Origin: Oikopleura dioica
Taxonomy: Eukaryota > Animalia > Chordata
Length of the DNA: 64,000 nt
Assembly (NCBI GenBank): GCA_907165135.1
Contig: OU015568.1
Location: forward strand, 6,758,001 to 6,822,000
Direction of reading: 5' to 3'
The position numbers and the translations under genes are program-made. The notes beneath the pieces were generated by a model. That model worked only from the letters and a program-made list of their open reading frames with translations. It was not told where the DNA came from and did not search any database. Shown one piece after another: positions 11,302 through 23,200 of this stretch; position 1 is the stretch's first letter, and each line of letters starts with the position of its first letter.

Positions 11302-11544
11302 GTTTGAAAATTAAAACAAGGAAGAACCTGAAAACAAGTTCAAAAAACTTCAGCCCCCTCGGCTGCTCCCTTTTTAGGGAGTGGCTGAGGGGGCTTTTTT
11401 GCGTTTGGTCAGTTGATTTTTCGAATCAAAAGTTGACCGAACGCAAAAAAGCCCCCTCAGCCACTCCCTAAAAAGGGAGCAGCCGAGGGGGCTGAAGTTT
11501 TTTGAACTTGTTTTCAGATTCTTCCTTGTTTTCAATTTTCAAAC
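11302..11544. mobile_element. ~243-bp near-perfect palindrome (MITE/foldback-like) with nested stem-loops
   Basis: Arms GTTTGAAAATT...CAGCCCCCTCGGCTGCTCCCTTTTTAGGGAGTGGCTGAGGGGGCTTTTTTGCGTTTGGTCA and their reverse complement. Core is related to 13631-13773. Confidence 0.85.
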
Positions 11545-11577
11545 TCAATTTTTCGTTGAAAACCCTGCTCTGATGTC

Positions 11578-13493
11578 CCGAGTTTTCCTGGCTTCAATCC
11601 TCAAGAAATGAATTACACACTTTTACGATTGTACATCATGGCATTCTACAGCTTCTTATACGCACCGCTAGTAATGTCGGTTCCGAGATTCGACTTGCTT
11701 GGCTTCTCTTTCGGCAGTTTTTATACGTACACTTTTCTGGCCAGCATGATCGTCCGAGACATCGACTGTTTCTCAAGCACAGTTGTCCTTGATTACATCA
11801 TTCTTCAGTACATAGGCTGGCTGATCCTCTGCTTGACGCAGTCATACGCGAACATGGTCTTCTGGTTCAACTGCTTCGAACGACGAGTAGAACGGAGACT
11901 CTCCTGGCTAAGCATTTCCTCGATTCACTCCGAAGTCCGAAAACAACATGGGATCACTGCCTGGTTTCTTGGAAAAGTAGATAATTGGACAGCAAAGGCA
12001 AAGGCCACTTTTGTCGGTCGATTTCAAGACAGCTACGATTACAAATACGTCCAGAGCTTGTTCAGAAAGCCTTCTGATGAAGAATACGAGCCGAAAAATT
12101 GCTGTTGTAAATACTGGTGCTGCTGTTGTGCGGAAGAAAGTTTACGATGGTCAAAGCTTTTTCCGATTTCATAATCGAATGATTTCTTCAGTCATCTGCG
12201 GATATTTTGGATTGGTGATCATGTTCTTTGCGATCAATCAGTCAATCATTCCGTTTTTGACGAATATCAGTCAGAGCTCAGAGAACATGTATGCAGTGGC
12301 TAGCTTTATCGAACCACAAAGCATTTTCAACGAAACAGCGATGAAGATGTACGTCGACTGCGCTGATCAGTACATCAAAGCGTTTACATGTAAGTGCAAT
12401 TAGAGGCATTTGAAGATATCCATATTTTTAAAGATTCGTTCACGGCATCATCTGCTCTCGCCACGGCATTTACCTGGTGGTCAACTTGGAGTTTCTTAAA
12501 CAATCACAAGAGACAGTTTCTTGCTCTCAGACAAGGAAAACTCAAAATTCCAGAAGATTGTACCCCACAACTGCAGCTGACAGGTCTGTCAAAGATTTTC
12601 GCTTATGAGAATTTTGAAATCAAATCTAGGTTCTTTAAAGTTTCAAGCCTATCAAGCTGCCAACTTGACCTGGGGATATGCAGTTCAACTCTTTGCTTTT
12701 TGGCTGATAATGTTGCTTGTTGCATGGCTAGTTTGGATTCCTGTGACTTTTCCGATTGTTCCAATAAGAGAATTTTGGGTGTACATTCTCTTCGTGTACA
12801 TTCAAAGTTTCTTTTGGATCTTTGTTGTTCTCATTTTGCAGTGGATTCTGGCGAAATACATCGTTCTTCAAGACCCGGAAATAGATGCTTCTATTGACAA
12901 CAGAGTTTATAATATTTCTTCTTATCTTTTCTATTTCAATGTAAGTTTAGATTTATAAAAATTGAATAACATGAATGTAGAACATGTTCATCGGATGGAG
13001 TTCGTTGCTGCTACGACTTGGGCACGGAATTCTTTTCGGACTTCTGGCTATTCAACGTATGGATGTTCCATCTCTTCCTTGCCATACAGAAGCGTGGGAT
13101 GCAGCTTACCGGGCTTATTTGGGCTATTTAGCGATGGATATGCTTCATACAAATGCTGTTTTGAAGTGTTTTCTGACCATCATTCAATCAGGTATTATTC
13201 GAACTGATCAATTTCCAGTACTTTCTTTTTTAGAAGCAAAAAAGACGAAAGATCCAGCAAGTAGAAAAGCCAAAATCCGATGGCATTTGGCTTACTCTTT
13301 GATTTGCAACGAAGAGTTGAGGTTGACAAGAGCTCATGCGAAACGCTTACTTCTGAAACGACTTCTGCTCGATCAGAAAATTTTGGAAGAAGAAGCAAAA
13401 GCCGAGAATTCGAGACTCAACAAGCTTGTTAGAAAAGTAAGAGGGGATTCAAAGGTCATTCCAGTGCCAGAAAAAGTCGTTGATGGAATAAAA
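11578..13493 (+). pseudogene. STRA6: 5'- and 3'-truncated, frameshifted duplicate of the STRA6-like gene
   Basis: Colinear with 14646-16589, introns included. An 11-bp deletion at ~12132 shifts the frame; there are also 12-bp and 3-bp in-frame deletions. Lacks the N-terminal ~200 codons and the last exon. Confidence 0.85.
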
Positions 13494-13630
13494 GGAAGAA
13501 AGAAAAGGGAATCAGATCAATTCAAGTGGAATTCGCAAATTACCAATAAAATTCTTATCTGTATCTTGGTTGACAATCTTCTGACCAAGACTTGGATAAG
13601 AGAAATAGTTTCAATCATTGAATGTCGAAA

Positions 13631-13773
13631 AGCCAGCCCCTTCGGCCATTTCCCCGCGGGGATTTGGCTGGAGGGGCTTTTTTACGTTTGGTCAATTTTG
13701 GCCATAGGCTCTCCGAACGTAAAAAAGCCCCTCCAGCCAAATCCCCGCGGGGAAATGGCCGAAGGGGCTGGCT
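13631..13773. mobile_element. 143-bp GC-rich palindrome, same family as 11302-11544
   Basis: AGCCAGCCCCTTCGGCCATTTCCCCGCGGGGATTTGGCTGGAGGGGCTTTTTTACGTTTGGTCA...CCGAACGTAAAAAAGCCCC...GGGGCTGGCT. Confidence 0.85.
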
Positions 13774-14004
13774 ATATCAAATGAAATAAAGTGCAAAAAA
13801 AGGGGATGGTGTCTTTTAAAATTTCTAATGAGAACGTATATTTTTGCAAGTCTCATAATTGCAGAGTGGAATCATATGTTTGAGCAGTTCTATTTGCATG
13901 ACTCCCGACTGTCAAACAAGCGAAGCAGTCGTAGTATTTTCTACCCGGTTTCTGGACTTCAAATCGGCAAATTCCTAGTCAAACATCGAAAAAGAGGATG
14001 AAAA

Positions 14005-16822
14005 ATGGGAAGCTACGAGAACACGACAGTTGGCGATCTTCTCGATATGGATACCGAGGAGCTTTTGGAAGCTATAGGGAGAGGTTCAAGCCCTATTTAT
14101 GATTTTTTGATGGATCTAGTTAGAAAGAGAGAATTAATTCGAGTTGGAAGAGTAGGTGATTATCCCGAAATTGATTATCGAGGTAAAATTGAATGAGCAA
14201 AAAAGAATCTTTGAAAGAATATATTTACAACAATTCCAAAGCTATCGAGGAAGTTTATAATTCAACAATGGAATACATCAACAATCTGGAATCGACTGAA
14301 ATCCTCGACAACCATACTGCCATTGAAATCGATGCATATGAAAAATACTTCCAATGCTCAAACAGCATAGACTCCGAAAACGGACGAATCCCGGGCTATT
14401 CTTACGCAGTGTTTCTCAAGTGGATGATGATTCCTTGCGCAGTTATTTACCTTCTCTTCCTTTTTTCTACCGTTCGAGTGCGTCTCTGGCCAAATTTCCT
14501 CTGGGGCCGCCCTGGAATGCCTGAAACTCTCGACACGCTGCACTCTGAAAATACTAGAATTCATAGAATCATCAAAATCGCTATTTTCATGGTGATGGCT
14601 GACACAACCTGCAGAATGTCCGTCGATCCAAGGACAATATTCGTACCGAGTTTTCCTGGCTTCAATCCTCAAGAAATGAACTACACACTTTTACGATTGT
14701 ACATCATGGCTTTCTACAGCTTCTTATACGCACCGCTAGTAATGTCAGTGCCGAGATTCGACTTGCTTGGTTTCTCCTTTGGAAGTTTCTATACGTACAC
14801 TTTTCTGGCCAACATGATCGTCCGAGATATCGACTGCTTCTCAAGCACAGTTGTTCTTGAATACATCATTCTCCAGTACATAGGCTGGCTGATCCTCTGC
14901 TTGACGCAGTCATACGCGAACATGGTCTTCTGGTTCAACTGCTTCGAACGACGAGTAGAACGGAGGCTCTCCTGGCTAAGCATTTCCTCGATTCATTCCG
15001 AAGTCCGAAAACAACATGGGATCACTGCCTGGTTTCTTGGAAAAGTAGATAATTGGACAGCAAAGGCCAAGGCCACTTTTGTCGGTCGATTTCAAGACAG
15101 CTACGATTACAAATACGTCCAGAGCTTGTTCAGAAAGCCTTCTGATGAAGAATACAAGCCGAAAAATTGCTGTTGTAAATACTGGTGCTGCTGTTGTGCG
15201 AACTGGTGGCGGAAGAAGGTTTACGACGGACAAAGCTTCTTCAGATTTCATAATCGAGTGATTTCCTCAGTCATCTGCGGCTATTTCGGATTGGTGATCA
15301 TGTTCTTTGCGATCAATCAGTCAATCATTCCCTTTTTGACAAATATCAGTCAGAGCTCGGAGAACATGTATGCAGTGGCAGTAACTTTGGCTAGTTTTAT
15401 CGAACCACAAAGCATTTTCAACGAAACAGCGATGAAGATGTACGTCGACTGTGCTGATCAGTACATCAAAGCTTTTACATGTAAGTGCAGATGATAGCAT
15501 TTGAAGATATTCATATTTTTAAAGATTCGTTCACGGCATCATCTGCTCTCGCCACGGCATTTACCTGGTGGTCGACTTGGAGTTTCTTAAACAATCACAA
15601 GCGACAGTTTCTTGCTCTCAGGCAAGGAAAACTAAAAATTCCAGAAGATTGTACCCCACAACTGCAGCTCACAGGTCCGTCAAAAACTAATGCCTATGAG
15701 AATTTTAAAATAAAATCTAGGTTCTTTAAAGTTTCAGGCTTATCAAGCCGCCTACTTGACTTGGGGATATGCAGTTCAACTCTTTGCCTTCTGGCTGATT
15801 ATGTTGCTCGTTGCATGGCTAGTCTGGATTCCTGTCACTTTCCCGATTGTTCCAATTAGAGACTTTTGGATCTACATTCTCTTTGAGTACATTCCAAGTT
15901 TCTTTTGGATCTTTGTTGTTCTCATTTTGCAATGGGTTCTGGCCAAATACATCGTTCTTCAAGACCCGGAAGTGGACGCTTCTATTGATAACAGAAGAGT
16001 TTATAATATTTCTTCTTATCTTTTCTATTTCAATGTAAGTTTCAATATAAAGGGATCAATAAAAATAAGCATTTGTAGAACATGTTCATCGGATGGAGCT
16101 CGTTACTGCTTCGCCTTGGATATGGAATTCTCTTCGGTCTTTTGGCTATTCAACGAATGGATGTTCCATCTCTTCCTAGTCATACAGAAGCATGGGATGC
16201 AGCTTACCGGGCTTATTTGGGCTATTTAGCGATGGATATGCTTCATACAAATGCTGTTTTGAAATGTTTTCTGACCATTATTCAATCAGGTATTATTCGA
16301 ACTGATTAATTTCCTGAACTTTTGTATAGAATCAAAAAAGACGAAAGATCCAGCAAGTCGAAAAGCCAAAATCCGATGGCATTTGGCTTACTCTTTGATT
16401 TGCAATGAAGAGTTGAGGTTGACAAGAGCTCATGCAAAACGGTTACTTCTGAAACGACTTTTGCTTGATCAGAAAATTTTGGAAGAGGAAGCAAAAGCCG
16501 AGAATTCGAGACTCAACAAGCTTGTTAGGAAAGTAAGAGGGGATTCAAAGGTCATTCCAGTGTCAGAAAAAGTCGTCGATGGAATCAAGGATGAAGTATC
16601 TTCCGTTATCTCCAGGTGAGCACCCTCTAATGAATTGATTTTGACAGTCTTTCAACAAACAGGAGCTCTTCAAAATACACGCCACGAGAATTTCTTACGC
16701 CTGTTAATATCCCGTCCCAAAGCTCATTAGCACTTCCAAATGATGATTTCACAAACCTCCGAATCCGAGTATCTCAGAGCGAATCGATCCGTCAAGTTTC
16801 CACTAAAGAAAGCGAACTATAA
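14005..16822 (+). CDS. STRA6: STRA6/RBPR2-family multipass membrane protein, apparently intact
   Basis: WGRPGMPETLD...IAIFMVM; FLALRQG; QRMDVPSLP...WDAAYRAYLGYL...HTNAVLKCF; KAKIRWHLAYSLICN (calmodulin-binding helix of STRA6). GT-AG introns at 14083-14118, 14183-14217, 15481-15524, ~15674-15736, ~16036-16079, 16290-16329 and ~16616-16647. Stop at 16820-16822 followed by AATAAA. Confidence 0.85.
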
Positions 16823-16963
16823 CTGCTACTTTTGCAATTAATAAAACGGCTATTTACTGTTGATAAATTTCTCTGATCCGTGAATTTAGTCGTTTCTAGA
16901 ATCAGTCTTATTTATCCTCGGCAGGAATCCGCAGTCATTCATAGTTTCAAAAAAGAGAAAAAA

Positions 16964-19900
16964 ATGGAGCCTCGCAAATTATGCCAGTTGCAGTTGAATC
17001 AATTCCGTTCGCAGAAGCAGTACGATGAGCAAATGCTCAAGCACAACGAGTTGGCGGACGAAGCGCTCGTCAGAGAAAAGAAGCTAAACGCGACGGAAAA
17101 TGAGCTCAAAGAAGCCACGGCGAATCATGACAACTTGATGAAGGATGTTCAGAAGCAATGTAAGTACCACAAACTTAAACTCAAAATTCATCACCTTTTT
17201 CAGTTGAAGAAGCAACAAGCGTGATCAAACAGGCCGACGAAGAGCTAGAAATCCAAGAAAGCCTGAAAAAGATCGACCTCCACGAGAAAGAAAATCTCTA
17301 TCAGAACATCCTCGCCGAAAAGCACTCCAAACTTATTCATTTCAAAAAGAAACTTGATCCACTGAAACTTCTCATCGGCAAGAAAAACGAAGAGCTTTCC
17401 CGCCAAGCTGAAAGAAACGACAATCTTTTCAGCGAGTTTGAGCGCGAGCTAAAAGCTAAGAATACCAAACTCGCTCAGGTGAAAATTCACCAACGCTTGA
17501 CATTTTCAGACAATTTTTTTAAAGGTTCACGAATCGGTCCAAGACGTAATCAAAGATCGCGAGCAAGTCGAAGCGCACATCAATGACAAAATCGAGGAGA
17601 AAGAAAATGCTGCTAAATCAATTTCCACCATCAAATCCAACCTTGAAACAGTCCTGGAAGAGCAGTCAAAAGCCCAAGATGAAGAGCTCGTCGGACACCA
17701 AGAAACCCTCAAAGGCGAAAAAGAGAAAATATCTGCGATGGAAGCAGATATCAAAAATGTAATAATACCCAAAAGATTTCAGAGCAGCAATTCTTTCAGA
17801 TTCAATACGCGATGGAAGTAGCCCACAGCGCTGCAGTCGCAGAGGAAGAACGATTGAAGGAGAGCCACGAGAAGGTTCTCGCTGAAAAGGAACTCTTCAT
17901 TGCTGTCATCGAAGACGAAAATAAAGAAAAAGAAGAGGCGATCGAGGAAAAAGACCACATCATCGAGCAAATCATGGCGAAAATCACAAATCAAGTAGAA
18001 GAAAAAGTCCAGGAGGAATTCGGAATCAAAGAACGCCAAGAGTATGAAATCAAAAAAAATATTAAGAAAATAATTATCCTTCAGAAAACTCGAAGAACTA
18101 AACGCAGAGAAAGAAGTTATCAACGAGAAAATTAACACCTTGGAAACGGAAATAAAAGAGACGCAGCGAAAGGAACATATTCTCTCTCAACAACGCAACC
18201 AAATTAAGGTAATCCACCTTGCCTTTTTTCCTTCACTAAAACCCATCCAAGGAAGACATCAAAGCCGTGAACAACGAAATCTTCGCAATCGAAGGCAAAC
18301 ACCGCCCATTGAAAGCAAAACTGAACGAGATGGAAGAAGTCCTCGAAGTTCACCAAAACGACCCAATCTTCGACGATCTCGCTGCGAAAGTCAAAGAGCT
18401 CGCCAAACGCGAAGTAGAAATTCGAAAGATTCGAGAAAAGATCAAGAACTTTCGCCGAGACGCGGCAGCGATGGAGATCAAGCTCGTCAATGCTTCGAAA
18501 GAAGATCATCAGCTCATCGAAGAAAAGGAAAAATCTGATCGAAAGTTGGAAGAGCTCAGACAGAAAAAGAAAAATCTACTCTTGGAGAAAAAGAACAAGG
18601 AGGACGAACTCGAGGAGAGCAGACTTCATCTTCAAACAACGGTGATGAAAACTGTCAACGTCAGAACTGAGGAGCTAAAAATCAAGGAAGAGATTTCAAA
18701 TTTGGAGGCGCAGCTTGCTGAATTTATGGGCAGAGGTAAATCTGCGTATAAATCATCTTTTCAAAGATAAATTTAGGAATCAGCGAAGAAAAACTAGCGG
18801 AAAAACGGCTTCTTCTCGCCGATGAAGCTCAAAAACTGAGAGAGCTTGAGGAAGAAGTCGACGAATTAGAGTGCGAAAAAGAGTTTCAGAGTTCGGAATT
18901 CGATCAACTTGTCAAGGAAGAAGAAGAACTCAAAGGCGAAAAAGTCAGATTAACGGAAAAGCTCGCGTCAATGAAAGAAAATATCGAAAAGAAGGAAAAG
19001 CGACGAGCGTCCGTCCTCAAGCTCAAAGGTAATCTTCAACCATGAACGTAATTTACTACAATTGAAATTTCAGGAGAGCAAGAATCAAAGCAAGAAACAC
19101 TGAAAAAACTCCAAGAAAAGAAGGCAGATCTTGAAAAGAAAATCAAAAAGCAACGCGAAGATCGAGAAAAGTCCCTTGATGATTTGAGCGTCGGCTTCAA
19201 TAAGCGAAAACAAGAGCTAGAGAAACGCGATTCAGAGCTCTCGCAAAAGGTGAAAGACGAACTCGCTCCTCCAGAAGAAGATAGCGCTGCAACGCCGGAA
19301 CAGCTTCTTGCTTACATGGAGGCTGATGTCGCTGAAACAGGGCTTTATCTCAAATCTTTGAAAGAAGATATTGCTCACGCCAAAGAGTACATCAAGGAGC
19401 ACAAGCAGCAGGAAGAGGCGAACATAGAAGAACTCAACGAAACTCTTGTCAGAAGAACCAAAGCAAAGAAAAACTACGACGAGAGGAAAAAGAAGGAGAT
19501 GGAAAAGAAGAAAGAAAAAGAGATGGAAAAGAAAGAAAAGGGAGAAAAGAAAAAGAAGAAAACAGTTTACGCGAACCCGGATTCTGATGAAAGTTGGAAC
19601 GCACCTCCTGAACCAGTGAAGAAACAAAAGCCTTCAAAAATTCCACGATTCGTCGAAAGCCCTCCTAAGGCTCAGGAAAGGTGTAACTGCCACTTGTATA
19701 AAAGGCCTTTAGTTGAAATTTATCAAATTATCAGCAGTTTTTACCAAATGAAAGCTAATTTCGGAGAAAGTAAAGAAGGCCCCTTCCGTCGCTTCGACCA
19801 TGATTTCCGTCCCTGAGTCTTTCAAGAAGCCAAGGACCTTCCACGAGAAAATCGACGTCATGGAAGACGAATCCTTCGCTCCTTCCGTAGCTGGTTGCTC

Positions 19901-20018
19901 CAAACTCATGCAGCCTCCGTCCAGATCCGGCAGCAACTCACATCATAAAAAGCGACCTACGATCATCAAAGCAAAAAGAAAGGAAGACACTTTCAGCGAT
20001 GATATTTTCGATTTTTAA
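16964..20018 (+). CDS. Long Glu/Lys-rich coiled-coil protein, family unknown
   Basis: Series of E/K-rich heptad ORFs joined by short GT-AG introns. ATG at 16964, stop at 20016-20018. Confidence 0.7.
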
Positions 20019-20293
20019 ATTCTCACAGAAACTTTTCTTTTTAATTATTTTTAACTGCCTTTATCGATTCAAATATAATCCACGGATTTTGAATGATTGC
20101 TTTTGTTATTATTCGAAAAAAAAGCAGAATGAATGAATATCGAATAAAAATATTATTTTTTGCTGTAATTGAACTGTAAGGCAGCGCTTCATAATTTTCA
20201 TAAATAACTTTGCATATTCCGCAAACTGAGCTTCAAACTGGAACATGAAGAGTTCACGCGGGTTTTTGGTGGTTACATGTCGTGAGTCGTGAG

Positions 20294-23200
20294 TTAAACG
20301 TAAGGAGGAGGAAGCATCTGTTGACGATGATGGTGAAAATGGGAACTGGACGAAAATACAGTATTCAAATTGTTATGTTCAAGTTTAGCACAGAGAGTGG
20401 GAGTTCTTGGAGGGAAGTTGCTGGTGCGTCTTAGTGATGGTCGGGTACGCCGTCTGGCATCGATTTCTGGTGCTGGTACGTGGGCATCTAAAAGACGATC
20501 AGAGCTATTGTAAAGATCGATTCCTTACGTTTTGTTGAGGGACCATCGGCTGCCCTTGAGGCTGAACCATCAGCGGTTGTTGGAAGTTGTGCGTGGGCAA
20601 CTAAAATATGCAAAAATCAAAGCGGATATATATTCGAAAGAAAGTATCAACGCAATTTATTAGTGTCAACATATAGTTGTTAGTAGAAAGCCAGATGACT
20701 GTTATAAAGTTGTGTGAAAGTGATTATTATTGGGTATTTTGAAATTGTTTGTTTTGATAAATCTGATTTGCGCATACATTGGAAGCGAACCAGTTATTTT
20801 CAGTACCAGTATTGGAAATAATCTCCAAATAACTTAATTTGTTTATTACTTACGATAATAAAGTGGCAAGAAATTGTTAAAAACTGCGTAGTTTTTCGGA
20901 TGAATTACCTGATAACCGTTTGGTATGTGCATTGCTTGCATTTGACCATGTTGTCCCATTGATGTTGCTGGAGGAGAGACAACTTGGCTCTAGGAAAATT
21001 GGTTAGATAAGAAAAGCCAGAGTTCAAGTGTACCGGGTCCATTTGTCTTCTCATGAGATGTGCGTGAGTGATGGGCTGTTGGTGAGATTGAGGAAGAACA
21101 TGAGTCTGGGCGTGAATTTGAGACAGCTGCGCGGCCGATAGTTGCTGCTGCTGCGGCGGCGCTTGCTGCTGTTGTGGAGCTTGTTGTTGTTGGTGTTGTG
21201 GGGTCTGGTTCGGTTGCTGTTGCGGTGGGGGAGCTTGTTGTTGCGCCGCTTGCTGCTGTTGAACAGAGTTCTGCTGTTTGGGATTACATCATCATGAGTA
21301 AGATAAGGGCGTATTACCTGAAGCTGTTGTTGAGCTTGCTGCTGTTGCGGTTGCATTTGATCCTGTTGGATCGGCTCCACAGGGTTGATTTGGTTTACCC
21401 AGTTCTTTGTTCGATCAGCTGGAGTTTCTATTGGATGATTGTGGACAGAGCCAGACGTAGAAAGATCCTGCTAAGTAAGTTAGAAGCGTGCATGATCAGC
21501 TATCAAGATTGATTTGTTCAAACAGACTTACAGGTATACTTCTTGATTGCTGTGGTGGATTTTGCTGGTGTTGTTGTTGAATGAGCGGATTTTGAAGTTG
21601 AGGTGGAGGAGCTTGTTGTTGTTGCTGAGCTTGTTGTTGCTGTTGCTGTTGTTGTTGTTGCTGGGAGTTTGGCGCTTGTTGCTGCTGTTGCTGTGGAACT
21701 TGCTGTTGTTGTTGAGCTTGTTGGACGATGGCGTTGTTCTGTAACAACGCAGATTGCAGTTGGTACTGATTGAGTTGTTGTAGCTGTTGCTGGCTCAGCT
21801 GCGGGACCGGCTGCATTTGTGGCATCGCCATGTTAGTTCCCATAATTTGCGTCGGCATCTGGTTAATCATCTGTGGACTGATAACTTGAAAGTTTCGAGC
21901 TAGTTCCTTCGCAATTCTGGTTCCTTCGTGCCCAAAGTGATCAGCAGCAGAGGTGATCTTCGGAAGAGACTGTTGGTAAACCTGCGTCGGGATCACATAC
22001 GGCAGCGTAGGCATCGTGGTCTGTGGATTAGGCGGTATTTGTGAGAAATACTGGAAACTGGTATTCGGAGCTGTTTGATATTGAGCAATGCTTGGCACTG
22101 TGGAGAGATCTGCTTGCTGGGGAATTTGACTCATTGAAGGCGAGGCCCGCGTGAAGTTTTCCGCCTGAGGAATACTCGGCGCTCGTTCTGGCATCGAGCT
22201 TTGAACTAGAATTCAATAAGTTCCATGATTGAACTGGAATGTTTACTTTGATTAAGATGCGATTCAGCTTTTCGAGCTTGATCTGCACGGAAAGCTTCTT
22301 CTGAAGAATCAGACTGGCGGCGAGCATCTATTGACTTCCGAGGACGCTTTTTCTTCTTTGACTAAAGAATCTTGTTAAATAGAAAATAGCTTCAAAATTT
22401 ACCTGATCAAGGGCGCATATGAGCCTTTTATCAAAATTTGAAAAGATCTCTTCAAGCTTGTTCTTCAGTTCTGCGTTATTTCTTTCAGCCTGCTCGGCCA
22501 TATTCTTCTTGAAAAGTTCCATCTGTTCCTCGAGCATTTCATTTTGCCTCTCAGTATACTCGGTATAAGCTTCCGTCATCTCAGACACAAAGTCTTTTAT
22601 AGATCTCGACGCTCCGAACGCGATTTTCGACGTAATATCTTCCCTGTAATTCTGGCCATCAGTTTCATCATCGGCGTTGGAGGATGTGTTGCTGTGAACT
22701 GAATTGATCCCAGGATGAAGAGTACCTAGCCCTAGCGCTTGTGATTGCGAGGTCGTCGATGCCATTTTCTCTTTTGCTTCTTTTTTCGAATTGTTGTTTA
22801 TGTTTGAAAGCTTCTCTTTGATGTCACTAAATGATATGTTTTCAAGATGATGACCATCAATAGGCGTAGGGGTCGAACCTCAGATTAACACCTCTGTAGG
22901 ATTCTTCTTTGTGCACAGTTTTAGCACACTCCTCCTCATTATCCGTCTTTTATGAGGGCTTACCACGAGTTGAAAAAAAGTAAAACGGACACCTGAGTCC
23001 CAAGAGAGCGGAAAATCGCGTATCGATCAGTAGGTAACACGTCTTAAATACGTACAAGCATGGAATGGCCCGTTCCTGTGTGGCACCGTCGTTCATATTC
23101 GTCGCCTTGGCAGACACAGCGGGTACCGACGCAGCTGGAACGGTGCTGATCATTTCGACCTCTTTCTCTTTCACATCAATCTTCTCGACGTTCGATTTGA

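Noticed and set aside
12984-13784. 266-aa ORF suggesting a STRA6 C-terminus with a novel tail
   Set aside because: Artefact of read-through of a 42-nt in-frame intron and of the downstream hairpin in a truncated pseudogene.
16290-16329. Apparent premature stop/frameshift in the intact STRA6-like copy
   Set aside because: It lies within a 40-nt GT-AG intron; splicing restores IIQSESKKTKD.
21051-21800. CAG/CAA-rich repeats and antisense Leu-rich ORFs
   Set aside because: Poly-Gln coding region of WNK; the opposite-strand ORFs are shadows.
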